Assembly: GCA_009781085.1 (NCBI GenBank) | Contig: WQYV01000001.1 | Coordinates: 5,438-69,437 of the forward strand | Length of the DNA: 64,000 nt | Source of the DNA: Betaproteobacteria bacterium | GTDB taxonomy: Bacteria > Pseudomonadota > Gammaproteobacteria > Burkholderiales > Rhodocyclaceae | Direction: 5' to 3' | Shown here: positions 10,233 to 20,053 of the stretch, piece after piece | How positions within the stretch are numbered: the stretch's first letter is position 1 | Layout: each line of letters opens with the position of its first letter | Notes under the pieces: model-generated | The model's input: only the letters and a program-made list of their open reading frames with translations | Database searches by the model: none | Told to the model about the DNA's origin: nothing | Translations under genes and position numbers: made by a program

Positions 10233-10397
10233 ATGAACACAAAGACTCATGGAATGCAACACAGCTCACATGCCAATGCGAGCTCACTTTCGCTTCTGCC
10301 TCAACGGGAGACGATTATCAAGAAGGCACGAGAAAGTGTGCGCGCCTCGCATCAGCGGATGCGCAGCCGCTGTCATGGTCGCGGCACACGTGTGTGA
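10233..10397 (+). CDS. Putative small protein (54 aa, basic and His-rich)
   Basis: AGGAGG at 10219-10224 lies 8 nt before the ATG at 10233. The frame reads MNTKTHGMQH...RGTRV to TGA at 10395-10397. It is below the ORF-track cutoff. Confidence 0.4.
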   Translation: MNTKTHGMQHSSHANASSLSLLPQRETIIKKARESVRASHQRMRSRCHGRGTRV

Positions 10398-10432
10398 AGA
10401 AGGTGGCAATTCATCCCTTTAACCGCGCTTCT

Positions 10433-12259
10433 TTACTGCCCGCGCAGGAAGAAACGGTCAAGGTCGGACATTGTAAACTGCGTCCAAGTAGGACGCCCGT
10501 GGTTGCATTGGTCAGCCCGTTCGGTTTTTTCCATGTCACGCAACAGGGCATTCATTTCCGGCACGGTTAGTTGACGGTGGGCACGCACGGCTCCGTGGCA
10601 GGCCATCGTGGCGAGTAGGTCGTTCCGCCGCCGGATGATGACTTCGGATGTTGGGTATTCGCGCAGTTCTTCTAATAGTTCGTGTAGTAGTTCTGCCACC
10701 GCCGCGCTGGCAAGGAGTACCGGGACAGTGCGCACGGCAAGTTCCCTAGGCCCAGCGGGCGAAATTTCAAAACCCATCTTGAGCAGGGTTTCTGCGTGGG
10801 ATTCTGCTGTTGCCATTTCCGTTGGACTCGCGCTGAATATCGCTGGAACAAGCAAACGCTGCATGGAAGGCGTGCCATCGAGCACAGTTTTGAGTTTTTC
10901 GTAAAGAATGCGTTCGTGGGCGGCGTGCATGTCGATGAGCGCGAGCCCTTTGGCGTTTTGCGCTAGGATGTAAGTGCCGTGCAGTTGCGCGAGGGCGTAG
11001 CCAAGCGGGTTGTCGTCGTTCGCCTCGGCAGTGGTATTTTGCGCGGCGCTTGTTTCAATCGAAGGCGCGATGGAGGGTTGAGGTTGGGCACCGGCAGCGA
11101 AGCTGAAATACGCTTGGCTTGCCGAGTCCATGGCAACGCGCCCCAGCGTGGCAGCAAGCTGTTCCGAGGGCAGGGGATAGCGTCCTGCGTCATTGATCCC
11201 GTCTGTGGTTGATGTGGGCGAGGAAGGGGGCGGGGGGTCCAGAGTGGTTCGCTGTCCGGCCACTCGCGTTTCCGCGTGCCCTGCACCCACGCCACCTAAC
11301 GCTTGGGTCAGGGCGTGAAAGATGAACTGGTGCACGCCACGGGAGTCGCGGAAACGGACCTCGGTCTTAGCCGGATGCACGTTGACATCGACACCAGCTG
11401 GGTCGAGTTCGAGAAAGAGCACATAGGCTGGATAGCGGCTGTTGTGCAGGATGTCGGCATAGGCTTGGGTGATGGCGTGATTGAGTAGTTTGTCCCGCAC
11501 ATGCCGCCCGTTGACGAAAAAGTATTGCGCATCGCGCCGATTGCGAGCGTAGGCTGGGAGGCTGGCGAAACCGGTGAGTTTGATCGCGCTTTCCGCACGA
11601 ATTTCACGCGCCTGGTTCAGAAAGTCATCTCCCATCAATGTGGCAATGCGCGTGCGCATTTCGCTCACAGTTAGGCGGTGAAGCACGCGCCTATTGTGGG
11701 CAAGCTGCATGGCAACATCGGGCCGGGCAAGCGCGATGCGGCAGAAGATTTCTTCGCAGTGGGCAAATTCGGTGGCGTCAGTCCTGAGAAATTTGCGTCG
11801 CGCCGGGGTGTTGTAATAAAGGTCAGTTACATCCACAACCGTACCGCGGTTGAGGGCAGCGGGCACCGGTTCGCGGTGGGTGGAATCGATTTTCCAAGCA
11901 TGATCCGCGCCTTCGATGCGGCTGGTAATGGTGGTGCGGGCGATGGCGGCAATGGCGGCCAATGCCTCGCCGCGAAAGCCCATCGTGCCGACCCGTTCGA
12001 GGTCTTCGAGGCTGCTGATTTTGCTGGTGGCGTGGCGCTCCAGTGCGAGGGCGAGTTCGTCGCGTGGGATGCCGCAACCGTCGTCGGAGACGAAGATGCG
12101 GCGCACGCCGCCCGTATCCAGTTGCACGTCGATGGCCTTTGCCCCGGCATCGAGTGCGTTTTCCAGCACCTCCTTGAGCACCGAGGCCGGGCGTTCGACC
12201 ACCTCGCCCGCAGCGATCTGGTTGATGAGTAGTTCGGGCAGGCGGTGGATCGATGCCAT
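10433..12259 (-). CDS. mutL: DNA mismatch repair endonuclease MutL
   Basis: NQIAAGEVVERP, KELVEN-like, GFRGEAL, DVNVHPAK, endonuclease motif DMHAAHERILYE, ACH and CNHGRPT. Start taken at MASIHRLP. Confidence 0.97.
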   Translation of the reverse strand: MASIHRLPELLINQIAAGEVVERPASVLKEVLENALDAGAKAIDVQLDTGGVRRIFVSDDGCGIPRDELALALERHATSKISSLEDLERVGTMGFRGEALAAIAAIARTTITSRIEGADHAWKIDSTHREPVPAALNRGTVVDVTDLYYNTPARRKFLRTDATEFAHCEEIFCRIALARPDVAMQLAHNRRVLHRLTVSEMRTRIATLMGDDFLNQAREIRAESAIKLTGFASLPAYARNRRDAQYFFVNGRHVRDKLLNHAITQAYADILHNSRYPAYVLFLELDPAGVDVNVHPAKTEVRFRDSRGVHQFIFHALTQALGGVGAGHAETRVAGQRTTLDPPPPSSPTSTTDGINDAGRYPLPSEQLAATLGRVAMDSASQAYFSFAAGAQPQPSIAPSIETSAAQNTTAEANDDNPLGYALAQLHGTYILAQNAKGLALIDMHAAHERILYEKLKTVLDGTPSMQRLLVPAIFSASPTEMATAESHAETLLKMGFEISPAGPRELAVRTVPVLLASAAVAELLHELLEELREYPTSEVIIRRRNDLLATMACHGAVRAHRQLTVPEMNALLRDMEKTERADQCNHGRPTWTQFTMSDLDRFFLRGQ

Positions 12260-12281
12260 GGTCAGGACGTCCGGTATGGTT

Positions 12282-13706
12282 TCAGAGGACTTCGGCGGCG
12301 TAGTCGGCCAGCCGCGAGCGTTCGCCCCGTTGCAGGGTGATGTGCCCGGCGTGCGCCCAACCCTTGAAGCGGTCGACGACAAACGACAGGCCCGACGACC
12401 CTTCGGTGAGGTAGGGGGTGTCGATCTGCGCGATATTGCCGAGGCAAGCCACTTTGGTTCCAGGGCCTGCGCGGGTGATGAGGGTTTTCATCTGTTTCGG
12501 GGTGAGGTTCTGCGCTTCGTCAATGATAAGGAATTTCTGTAAGAAGGTACGGCCCCGCATGAAATTCAAGCTCTTGATCTTGATGCGGCTACGCACAAGG
12601 TCAACCGCCGCCGCACGTCCCCATTGGCCGGTTTCGCCAACCGTCCCGTTCAATACGTCCAGGTTGTCTTCGAGCGCACCCATCCAGGGAGTCATTTTTT
12701 CTTCTTCCGAGCCGGGCAGGAAACCGATGTCTTCGCCGACCGGCACGGTGACACGGGTGATGATGATCTCGGCGTAGCGCCGGGTTTCCAGCACCTGTGT
12801 GAGCGCGGCGGCCAGCGTCAGGAGCGTTTTACCGGTCCCTGCTTGGCCAAGCAGGGTGACGAAGTCGATTTCCGGGTTCATCAGGAGGTTGAGGGCGAAA
12901 TTCTGTTCGCGGTTGCGTGCAGTGATGCCCCAGACGCTGTTCTTGCTGTGGCGGCAGTCGACCAGGGTTTCGAGCACGGCGCTGCGCCCGGCCTGTTCGC
13001 GCACCCAGGCTTCAAAGGGCGGTTCGCTCTCCAGGTGGACGAATTCGTTGAGCAGGAGGCGGCTTGCGGCAGGGCCGGTCACGCGATAGGCGGTATGGGT
13101 GTCCGTTTTCCATGACTCCATCCCGGCAGCGTGCGTTTCCCAGAAGTCGGTGGGCAATTCACAGGAGCCGGTGTAGAGCAGTTCGCTGTCTTCCAGCACC
13201 TTGTCATTGAAGTAATCCTGCGCCGCCAACCCCAGGGCACGCGCCTTGATCCGCATGTTGATGTCTTTGGTGACGAGGATGACCGCACGTTCGGGTTCGC
13301 GTTGGGCCAGGAACGTCAGCACCGAGAGGATCTGGTTGTCGCCTTTGACGGTAGGGAGCCCCGCAGGCAATTCGACGTTGATCGCCTCGGTCTGCAGGAA
13401 CAACCGGCCCGTGGCAAGGCCGTGCGAGGGCGTTTTCAGCGCAATGCCCGAGGTGATGCCGTCGGGTACGCTTGATACGATTTCATCGAGCATGCGGCTT
13501 ACCTGGCGGGCATTGCGTGCGACCTCGGACAAGCCTTTTTTGTTGTCATCGAGTTCCTCCAAAGTCATGATCGGAATGTAAATATCATTCTCTTCAAAGC
13601 GGAAGATACTCGTAGGGTCATGCATCAGGACGTTGGTGTCGAGCACAAAGAGCTTGGCGTGATGGGAGGCGGTAGGGGATTTTTTTGCTTTGCGGGAAGC
13701 GGCCAT
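12282..13706 (-). CDS. PIN-domain + PhoH-family ATPase (PhoH2/YlaK type)
   Basis: N-terminal PIN motif LDTNVLMHDP, Walker A GQAGTGKT, RGRT and IIDEAQN. Confidence 0.94.
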   Translation of the reverse strand: MAASRKAKKSPTASHHAKLFVLDTNVLMHDPTSIFRFEENDIYIPIMTLEELDDNKKGLSEVARNARQVSRMLDEIVSSVPDGITSGIALKTPSHGLATGRLFLQTEAINVELPAGLPTVKGDNQILSVLTFLAQREPERAVILVTKDINMRIKARALGLAAQDYFNDKVLEDSELLYTGSCELPTDFWETHAAGMESWKTDTHTAYRVTGPAASRLLLNEFVHLESEPPFEAWVREQAGRSAVLETLVDCRHSKNSVWGITARNREQNFALNLLMNPEIDFVTLLGQAGTGKTLLTLAAALTQVLETRRYAEIIITRVTVPVGEDIGFLPGSEEEKMTPWMGALEDNLDVLNGTVGETGQWGRAAAVDLVRSRIKIKSLNFMRGRTFLQKFLIIDEAQNLTPKQMKTLITRAGPGTKVACLGNIAQIDTPYLTEGSSGLSFVVDRFKGWAHAGHITLQRGERSRLADYAAEVL

Positions 13707-13841
13707 AAAAGGGAAACCTCAAACATGAGCCTAGGAAAGAACCCATGAAGAGTAGCGGAGACTTTTTGACAGGGCAATTGTCCGGTAGGGCAGTCGAGGG
13801 TCGGTCGGGAAGGTAGGTATATTTTCACAATTGGTTTTATT

Positions 13842-14102
13842 ATGCCGCTGAAGGGATTTCTGGCGTCTTACAAAAGTGAAAGGGTGGATGAGAGAAATGC
13901 CGCTTTTGCTTTCCTATTGGGCGTGGCCGATGCTACCGAGGGAAAGATGTGGTGTAGCAATAATGATTACACGCGCACGATGGTTTTTGAAGCAATTGAT
14001 GAAGGGTTGGAAAATTTAAAACAGTCACGTTATAACGAGCGTGCGGCTTATGTCATTACCGAGATTTTTGAAAACATCCTCTCCTGCGAAAAGAAGCATT
14101 GA
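13842..14102 (+). pseudogene. Rap1a/Tai-family T6SS immunity-like protein, apparently N-terminally truncated
   Basis: LLGVADATEGKMWC...ERAAYVI...SC recalls Rap1a/Tai proteins. It has no signal peptide, and an in-frame TGA at 13767 has no ATG between it and 13842. Confidence 0.55.
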
Positions 14103-14112
14103 TTTTTACCCC

Positions 14113-15138
14113 TCAGAAAATAAGCTCAAGCTGCTCAAGCGCCTTTTCGTCCTGTTGGTTCAGAAAAGCCCCAAGCAATTGAAGCGATTTTTTTGCGTTC
14201 TCATTGCCTTGTTCCACCGCTTTTCTCAGCCATTTTTGGGCTTCGGTGAGGTTTTGTGCAACCCCTTGGCCTTTTGCGTGTATTACCCCAATGTTGTGTT
14301 GGGCGGAGGTATCGCCAAGTTCTGCAATTTTGAGATACCACTTCAGGGCTTCTGCGTAATGAGGAGGTTCAATGAGCCTGTCACAACCGGCGTATGTTTT
14401 TGCAAGGAAAGTTTGAGCCAATAAATGCCCCTGCTCAGCCGCTCTCGTATACCACTTCAAGGCTTCTATAATGTCCTGGTCCGCAACACACCAGCCCGTG
14501 GAGTACATGTATCCAAGCTCATGCTGGGCATCCACGAGTCCCTGTTCTGCCGCTTTTTGAAACCATTGCAAACCTTTTTCTTCATTTTCCCTGCCACCCA
14601 TGAACCAACAATAAATTCCACCGAGTTCAAATTGAGCTTTCATGTCTCCCTGTTCTGCTGCTTGGCGAAATACTTCCGTCGCCATTTGAAACCATTTTGC
14701 GGATTCCTCTTCATACCATTTGGTGTCCTTTTCGCCACAAACAAGGGCTACTGCGGCGGAGACCGTTTTGATCCTCTTATTCTGGCTCTCGCTCTTAACC
14801 ATGTCATATATTTCTCCCAAACGGCATTGTGCTTCCGCATCGCCATTTTCAGCCGCCAAGTGAAACCCTTCCATCGCCAGCTGAATCCATTTGATGGCTT
14901 CTTCTTCATTTTTTTTATTGGGCGGGAGCCTGGAGTACATCAACCCAAGATCGTATTGAGCTTTTGCGTGTCCCCGTTCCGCAGCCTTGAGGTAGCACTG
15001 CATGGCTTTTGCTGAATCCTGCTTGACTCCCCGGCCTTCTTCGTACATGCACCCAAGGTCATATTGAGCCTGTGTATCTCCTTGGTTTGCCGCGAATTTT
15101 ATTTCTTCAGAACGTTTCATCAGTTCAAATAGAGCCAT
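14113..15138 (-). CDS. Sel1-like repeat (SLR) protein
   Basis: About seven repeats of the type AAEQGD.EAQ..LG..Y...A..W...AA. Confidence 0.92.
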   Translation of the reverse strand: MALFELMKRSEEIKFAANQGDTQAQYDLGCMYEEGRGVKQDSAKAMQCYLKAAERGHAKAQYDLGLMYSRLPPNKKNEEEAIKWIQLAMEGFHLAAENGDAEAQCRLGEIYDMVKSESQNKRIKTVSAAVALVCGEKDTKWYEEESAKWFQMATEVFRQAAEQGDMKAQFELGGIYCWFMGGRENEEKGLQWFQKAAEQGLVDAQHELGYMYSTGWCVADQDIIEALKWYTRAAEQGHLLAQTFLAKTYAGCDRLIEPPHYAEALKWYLKIAELGDTSAQHNIGVIHAKGQGVAQNLTEAQKWLRKAVEQGNENAKKSLQLLGAFLNQQDEKALEQLELIF

Positions 15139-15179
15139 GTTTTTCTCCTATGATTGGGGATTATTTCTTTGAGTTCCCG

Positions 15180-15208
15180 GTCGGGTGCACACTTGTTGCG
15201 CATCCAAC
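15180..15208. repeat. Imperfect hairpin (REP/terminator-like) downstream of ppk1
   Basis: GTCGGGTGCACA-CTTGT-TGCGCATCCAAC, with 9 of 12 arm positions matching. Confidence 0.3.
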
Positions 15209-15259
15209 ACGGCTGTGGGGTTGGGTAGGGGATGGTCGAGTTAAGTCGGTAATGTTTCT

Positions 15260-17341
15260 TTATCCCCCTACTGCCAACTCCGCAAGCAGGATGCTTTGGG
15301 CGGAGTGCGCGGTGCGGCGTGGGGTTTTGTGCCGGTATCGGCCATTTGACTGCATTTCCCACGCCTGAGTGTTGTCGAGGAGGTAGCAACGCAAGCCTTC
15401 TTTGATGACCCGGCGCTTGAGTTGCGAGTCGAGCACGGGGAAGGCCGTTTCGATGCGACGGAAAAAGTTGCGCGGCATCCAGTCTGCGCTCGACAGGTAA
15501 ACCCGGTCTTCACCGTCTGCGCGGAAATACAGGATGCGGTGATGTTCCAGGAACCGCCCGACGAGCGATCGCACGTGGATATTCTCCGAGAGCCTCGGCA
15601 CGCCGGGGCGCAGGGCGCAGGGGCCACGCACGATGAGGTCGATTTCTACCCCGGCACAAGAGGCTTCGTAGAGTGCCTCGATGGTTTCGGGGTCGAGCAG
15701 AGCGTTGACCTTGGCGATGATGCGCCCACGCCGACCTGCGCGGGTAATTTCAGTTTCGTTCCTGATGGCGGCGACGACGTTGGGCTGAAGCGAGAACGGA
15801 GCCTGCCACAGGTGGGCGAGGGTGGAAGCACGGCCAAGGCCAGTGATTTGTTTGAAAATTTCGGCAACATCTTCACCGATTTGTTCGTTGGAGGTTAGCA
15901 GGCCGAAGTCAGTATAGAAGCGCGTGGTGCGGGGGTGGTAGTTGCCGGTTCCTAAGTGGACGTAGCGGCGCAGGTTGTCGGTTTCGCGGCGCACGAGCAT
16001 GAGCATTTTGGCGTGCACCTTGTAACCGAATACCCCGTAAACAACATGCGCGCCCGCTTCTTCGAGGCGGTTGGCCCAGGAGATGTTGGCCTCTTCGTCG
16101 AAACGGGCCATGAGTTCAAGGACGACAGTGACTTCCTTGCCTTTTTGCGCGGCGCGTATGAGGTGCTCCATAAGCACGGAATCGGTTCCGGTGCGATAGA
16201 CGGTCATCTTGATGGCGACGACTTGCGGGTCGTCTGCCCCTGCACGCAGGAGTTCAATAACTGGGGCGAAACTCTGGAAGGGATGGTGGAGCAGGACATC
16301 GCGTTCGCAGAGGACGGAGAAGATGTCGCCCCGGCCTTTGAGCGATTTTGGCAGGCCAGGTTGGAAGGGCGGGTATTTGAGGTCTTGGCGGTCGACCCAG
16401 TCGGGGACTTGCATCATGCGGACGAGGTTGACAATGCCCGGGGTGGCGTACAGGTCGGTGCGGTCGAGTTGAAAGTGCTGAAGCAGGAAGTCAGCCATCC
16501 TATCGGAGCAATTATCGGCCACTTCCAGCCGCACTGCGTCGCCATAGTGGCGTTGCTGGAGTTCGCCCTTTAGCTGGGCGCGCAGATCCTTGACCTCTTC
16601 TTCATCGACGAAGAGGTCGGAGTTGCGGGTGACGCGGAATTGGTAACAGCCATGCACGTGCATGCCGTCGAAGAGTTCGTCGACGTGGGTATGCAGGACG
16701 GAAGAGAGGAAGACGAAGGTGTAGGGTGCCTGGCCGGGTTGATCCGGCAGGCGGATGATGCGGGGAAGTACCCGGGGCGCCTGTACGATGGCAGTGTTCG
16801 AGACGCGGCCAAAGGCATCGCGCCCTTCGAGTTCCACAGCAAAGTTCAGGCTCTTGTTGAACACCCTTGGGAAGGGGTGCGCGGGGTCGAGCCCGATGGG
16901 GGTGAGCACGGGCATGACTTCGCGCCGGAAAAAATCGTGTATCCAGGCGCTTTGTGCTTCGTCCCAAAGGCCACGCCGCAAAAAGACGACGCCTTCGCTC
17001 TCCAGTGCGGGAAGGATGACATCGTTGAGCAGGGCGTATTGTTCGGAGAGTATCTGGTGCACTTCGTCGCTGACGCATGCGAGCAGTTCGGTAGGCAGGA
17101 TGCCATCAGTGCTGACGGCGCTGCTGCCAAGGCGGATTTGTTCACGGATGCCCGAAACCCTGATTTCAAAGAATTCATCAAGGTTGCTCGATACGATGCA
17201 AAGGAACCGCAGTCGTTCAAGAAGAGGAACCATCGGGTCGGCAGCCTGTGCGAGGACGCGGCGCTGAAATTGCAGCAGGGAGAGTTCGCGGTTGATGAAG
17301 TGTTCCGCGTCATAGGATTCTTTGTTGAGCGGGGCAACCAT
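15260..17341 (-). CDS. ppk1: Polyphosphate kinase 1
   Basis: INRELS, SNLDEFFEIRV, HPFP, LLHHPF (phospho-His), ARFDEEANI, KVHAK and SADWMPRN. Confidence 0.97.
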   Translation of the reverse strand: MVAPLNKESYDAEHFINRELSLLQFQRRVLAQAADPMVPLLERLRFLCIVSSNLDEFFEIRVSGIREQIRLGSSAVSTDGILPTELLACVSDEVHQILSEQYALLNDVILPALESEGVVFLRRGLWDEAQSAWIHDFFRREVMPVLTPIGLDPAHPFPRVFNKSLNFAVELEGRDAFGRVSNTAIVQAPRVLPRIIRLPDQPGQAPYTFVFLSSVLHTHVDELFDGMHVHGCYQFRVTRNSDLFVDEEEVKDLRAQLKGELQQRHYGDAVRLEVADNCSDRMADFLLQHFQLDRTDLYATPGIVNLVRMMQVPDWVDRQDLKYPPFQPGLPKSLKGRGDIFSVLCERDVLLHHPFQSFAPVIELLRAGADDPQVVAIKMTVYRTGTDSVLMEHLIRAAQKGKEVTVVLELMARFDEEANISWANRLEEAGAHVVYGVFGYKVHAKMLMLVRRETDNLRRYVHLGTGNYHPRTTRFYTDFGLLTSNEQIGEDVAEIFKQITGLGRASTLAHLWQAPFSLQPNVVAAIRNETEITRAGRRGRIIAKVNALLDPETIEALYEASCAGVEIDLIVRGPCALRPGVPRLSENIHVRSLVGRFLEHHRILYFRADGEDRVYLSSADWMPRNFFRRIETAFPVLDSQLKRRVIKEGLRCYLLDNTQAWEMQSNGRYRHKTPRRTAHSAQSILLAELAVGG

Positions 17342-17531
17342 GGTGTTTGTTCCTTGTTCCTGCTGAAATAATAAGTTGTTTATTATGTGGCATTCCTGGC
17401 GTGATGGGAAAAAACGGGTGCAAGCATCAAGAAGGCTGGGGGCGAGACGGTGCTAGAATGCCCGCCGTCGCGTCTTCGGCGCGCCACGAATCTGTTTTTT
17501 TGAGCCATAACGTGCAGGTTGAGCCATAACG

Positions 17532-19025
17532 ATGCAGGATGTAATTGCCGCAGTCGACCTCGGTTCCAACAGTTTCCGTTTCCAGGCCGGGCGTATTGTC
17601 AATGACCAGATTTATGCCTTTGATGGGTTGAAGGAACCGGTGCAGTTGGCCGCAGGCCTGACAGCGGACAAATGGTTGGACGATAAAGCCTGCCAACGGG
17701 GGCTTGCCGCCCTGCGCCAGTTTCATGAGCGGCTCGCAGGTTTCAAGCCCGAGGCGGTGCGCGCAGTGGCAACCAACACCTTGCGCGTTGCCAAGAACGC
17801 GGCGGATTTTCTTTGCCAGGCCGAAAAGGCGCTTGGCTTTCCCATTGAGGTGATCAGCGGGCGCGAGGAAGCGCGGCTGATCTACGTGGGGGTTGCCCAT
17901 ACACTGCCAGACCCGCATCGTCAGCAGTTGATTGTCGATATCGGCGGCGGTTCCACTGAATTCATCATCGGCAAAAGCTTCGAGCCTGTTTTGCTCGATT
18001 CGCTCTATATGGGCTGTGTCAGTTATAGCCTGCGTTATTTTCCCGGTGGAAAGATCAACAAACGCAATTTCCGGGAGGCGGAACTTGCCGCATGCCACGA
18101 ATTGCAGTCGATTACTCATGATTACAGTGAAACGGGTTGGGAGCGTGTAGTCGGTTCCAGTGGCTCGGCTAAGGCACTGGAAGAAATCCTAGTGGAAAAC
18201 GGTTTGTCGGAAACCGGGATTACTCGCGACGGGCTGGAAAAGCTGCGCACGATCTTTCTTCGCGCCGGTTCTATCGATGCCGTTGACCTGCATGCCCTGA
18301 GAAGCGACCGGAAATCCGTGATCCTCGGCGGGCTGGCGATCATGGTTGCGGTATTCCATGAATTTGGGCTGCAACGCATGGAGTTTTCAGAAGGTGCGTT
18401 GCGGCTGGGCGTGCTTTACGACATGTTGGGCCGCTATCACCGCAACGACCTGCGTGATGCGACCGTCGGAGCCTTTATGAAGCGGTATCGGGTCAATATG
18501 CGTCAGGCGGGACAGGTGGCCGACACAGCTTGTTCACTGCTTGCGCAACTCGACCCTGCTGCTGCCGACCCGACCAATATGAATCGCAGGTTCCTGCGCT
18601 GGGCGGCGCTTTTGCACGAGATTGGTATTTCCGTTGCGCATGCCGGGTATCACAAACACAGTGCCTATATTCTTGCCAACGCCGACATGCCGGGTTTTTC
18701 GCGCATGGATCAGGGGCGGCTCGCACGGCTCGTGCTTGCACATCGCGGCAAACTTGCGCGGCTGACAGATATCGAGCCATCGAGCCCAGATTGGTTGTTA
18801 ATCGTCTGCCTGCGCCTAGCGGTGGTGATCCATCGCGCCCGTGACAACCGGGGCGTGCCGGACATTACCCTGACCCGGATGGGACGCGGTTTCATCGTAT
18901 GGGTCCCGCCGGAGTGGTTGCGGGAACTGCCGCTTACTGCTGCTGCATTGGAGGAGGAACGACTACAATGGCGCTCGGTCGGGCGTGAGCTTACCGTGCG
19001 TGCACTGGCAGCACAAACGGGTTGA
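17532..19025 (+). CDS. ppx: Exopolyphosphatase (Ppx/GppA family)
   Basis: DLGSNSF, ISGREEARL, DIGGGSTE, GALRLG and C-terminal LLHEIG. It is divergent from ppk1. Confidence 0.96.
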   Translation: MQDVIAAVDLGSNSFRFQAGRIVNDQIYAFDGLKEPVQLAAGLTADKWLDDKACQRGLAALRQFHERLAGFKPEAVRAVATNTLRVAKNAADFLCQAEKALGFPIEVISGREEARLIYVGVAHTLPDPHRQQLIVDIGGGSTEFIIGKSFEPVLLDSLYMGCVSYSLRYFPGGKINKRNFREAELAACHELQSITHDYSETGWERVVGSSGSAKALEEILVENGLSETGITRDGLEKLRTIFLRAGSIDAVDLHALRSDRKSVILGGLAIMVAVFHEFGLQRMEFSEGALRLGVLYDMLGRYHRNDLRDATVGAFMKRYRVNMRQAGQVADTACSLLAQLDPAAADPTNMNRRFLRWAALLHEIGISVAHAGYHKHSAYILANADMPGFSRMDQGRLARLVLAHRGKLARLTDIEPSSPDWLLIVCLRLAVVIHRARDNRGVPDITLTRMGRGFIVWVPPEWLRELPLTAAALEEERLQWRSVGRELTVRALAAQTG

Positions 19026-19050
19026 TATCTGCTTGCGCAGGATTTTTATC

Positions 19051-19821
19051 GTGTTGATCGACACACATCTTCATCTCGACGCGGCTGAGTTCGATCAGGA
19101 TCGTGCAGTGTTGCTGGCGCGGGCACGTGCGGTGGGTATCGGAGAATTCGTCGTGCCTGCCGTCGATCGTGCGGGTTTTACGCGGGTGCTGGCGCTGGCT
19201 GAAACAACACCCAACGTTTTTCCAGCGCTTGGCATTCATCCGCTTTACGTCGATCATGCTGATGAGGCCGATCTTGACGTACTCGATGCCTTGCTCACGC
19301 AGGGTTGCGCCGTGGCCGTGGGGGAAATTGGGTTGGATCATCATATGCCGGAATTTGATGCTGTGCGGCAGGAGGCATTCCTTGGCGCGCAGCTTGGGCT
19401 GGCGCGCCGTCATGGTTTGCCGGTCATCCTTCATGTGCGCCGGGCACAGGATGCCGTGCTCGCCGCCTTGCGGCGGATCAGGGTTGCGGGGGGTATCGCG
19501 CATGCTTTCAATGGCAGTTTCCAGCAGGCGGAAGCTTTCATTGAATTGGGGTTCAAGCTTGGTTTTGGCGGTGCGATGACCTTTGACGGGTCGCACCGCA
19601 TCCGCCGCCTTGCGGCGGAGTTGCCGCTGGGTGCAATCGTGCTCGAAACCGACGCGCCGGACATCCCCCCCGCTTGGGCGCATGGGGGGCGGAACGTGCC
19701 GGAAAACCTTCTGCGTATCGCGGGGATCTTCGCTGAATTGCGCAACCTATCGTTCGAAGAAATTGTTCGGGTTACTTCCCGCAACGCCCGTATGGCGCTG
19801 GCGTTGCCAGGTAGTAGCTGA
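19051..19821 (+). CDS. TatD-family metal-dependent hydrolase/DNase
   Basis: IDTHLHLD, GIHP, VGEIGLD, LHVR, AHAF and ETDAP. A GTG or TTG start near 19051 is assumed. Confidence 0.92.
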   Translation: MLIDTHLHLDAAEFDQDRAVLLARARAVGIGEFVVPAVDRAGFTRVLALAETTPNVFPALGIHPLYVDHADEADLDVLDALLTQGCAVAVGEIGLDHHMPEFDAVRQEAFLGAQLGLARRHGLPVILHVRRAQDAVLAALRRIRVAGGIAHAFNGSFQQAEAFIELGFKLGFGGAMTFDGSHRIRRLAAELPLGAIVLETDAPDIPPAWAHGGRNVPENLLRIAGIFAELRNLSFEEIVRVTSRNARMALALPGSS

Positions 19822-20053
19822 TTTTGGTGCGTGACAATTAAAAAACCATACAATTCGAGTGACAGGCAAATGACTTTGCTAGCGCAGATGGTGAAACTCA
19901 AAACAGGGTATCAGGAGGAATTTTTCGCGCTACGTTTCGCACTACGGCATGCATAACCAAGGTCATGGTGCATAATTAGCATAGCCGGTAAAATTCAATA
20001 CCGGTGGCACCCGTGAGATGCCATTTAACCGAACTTACAAAGGAGAGACAGCT

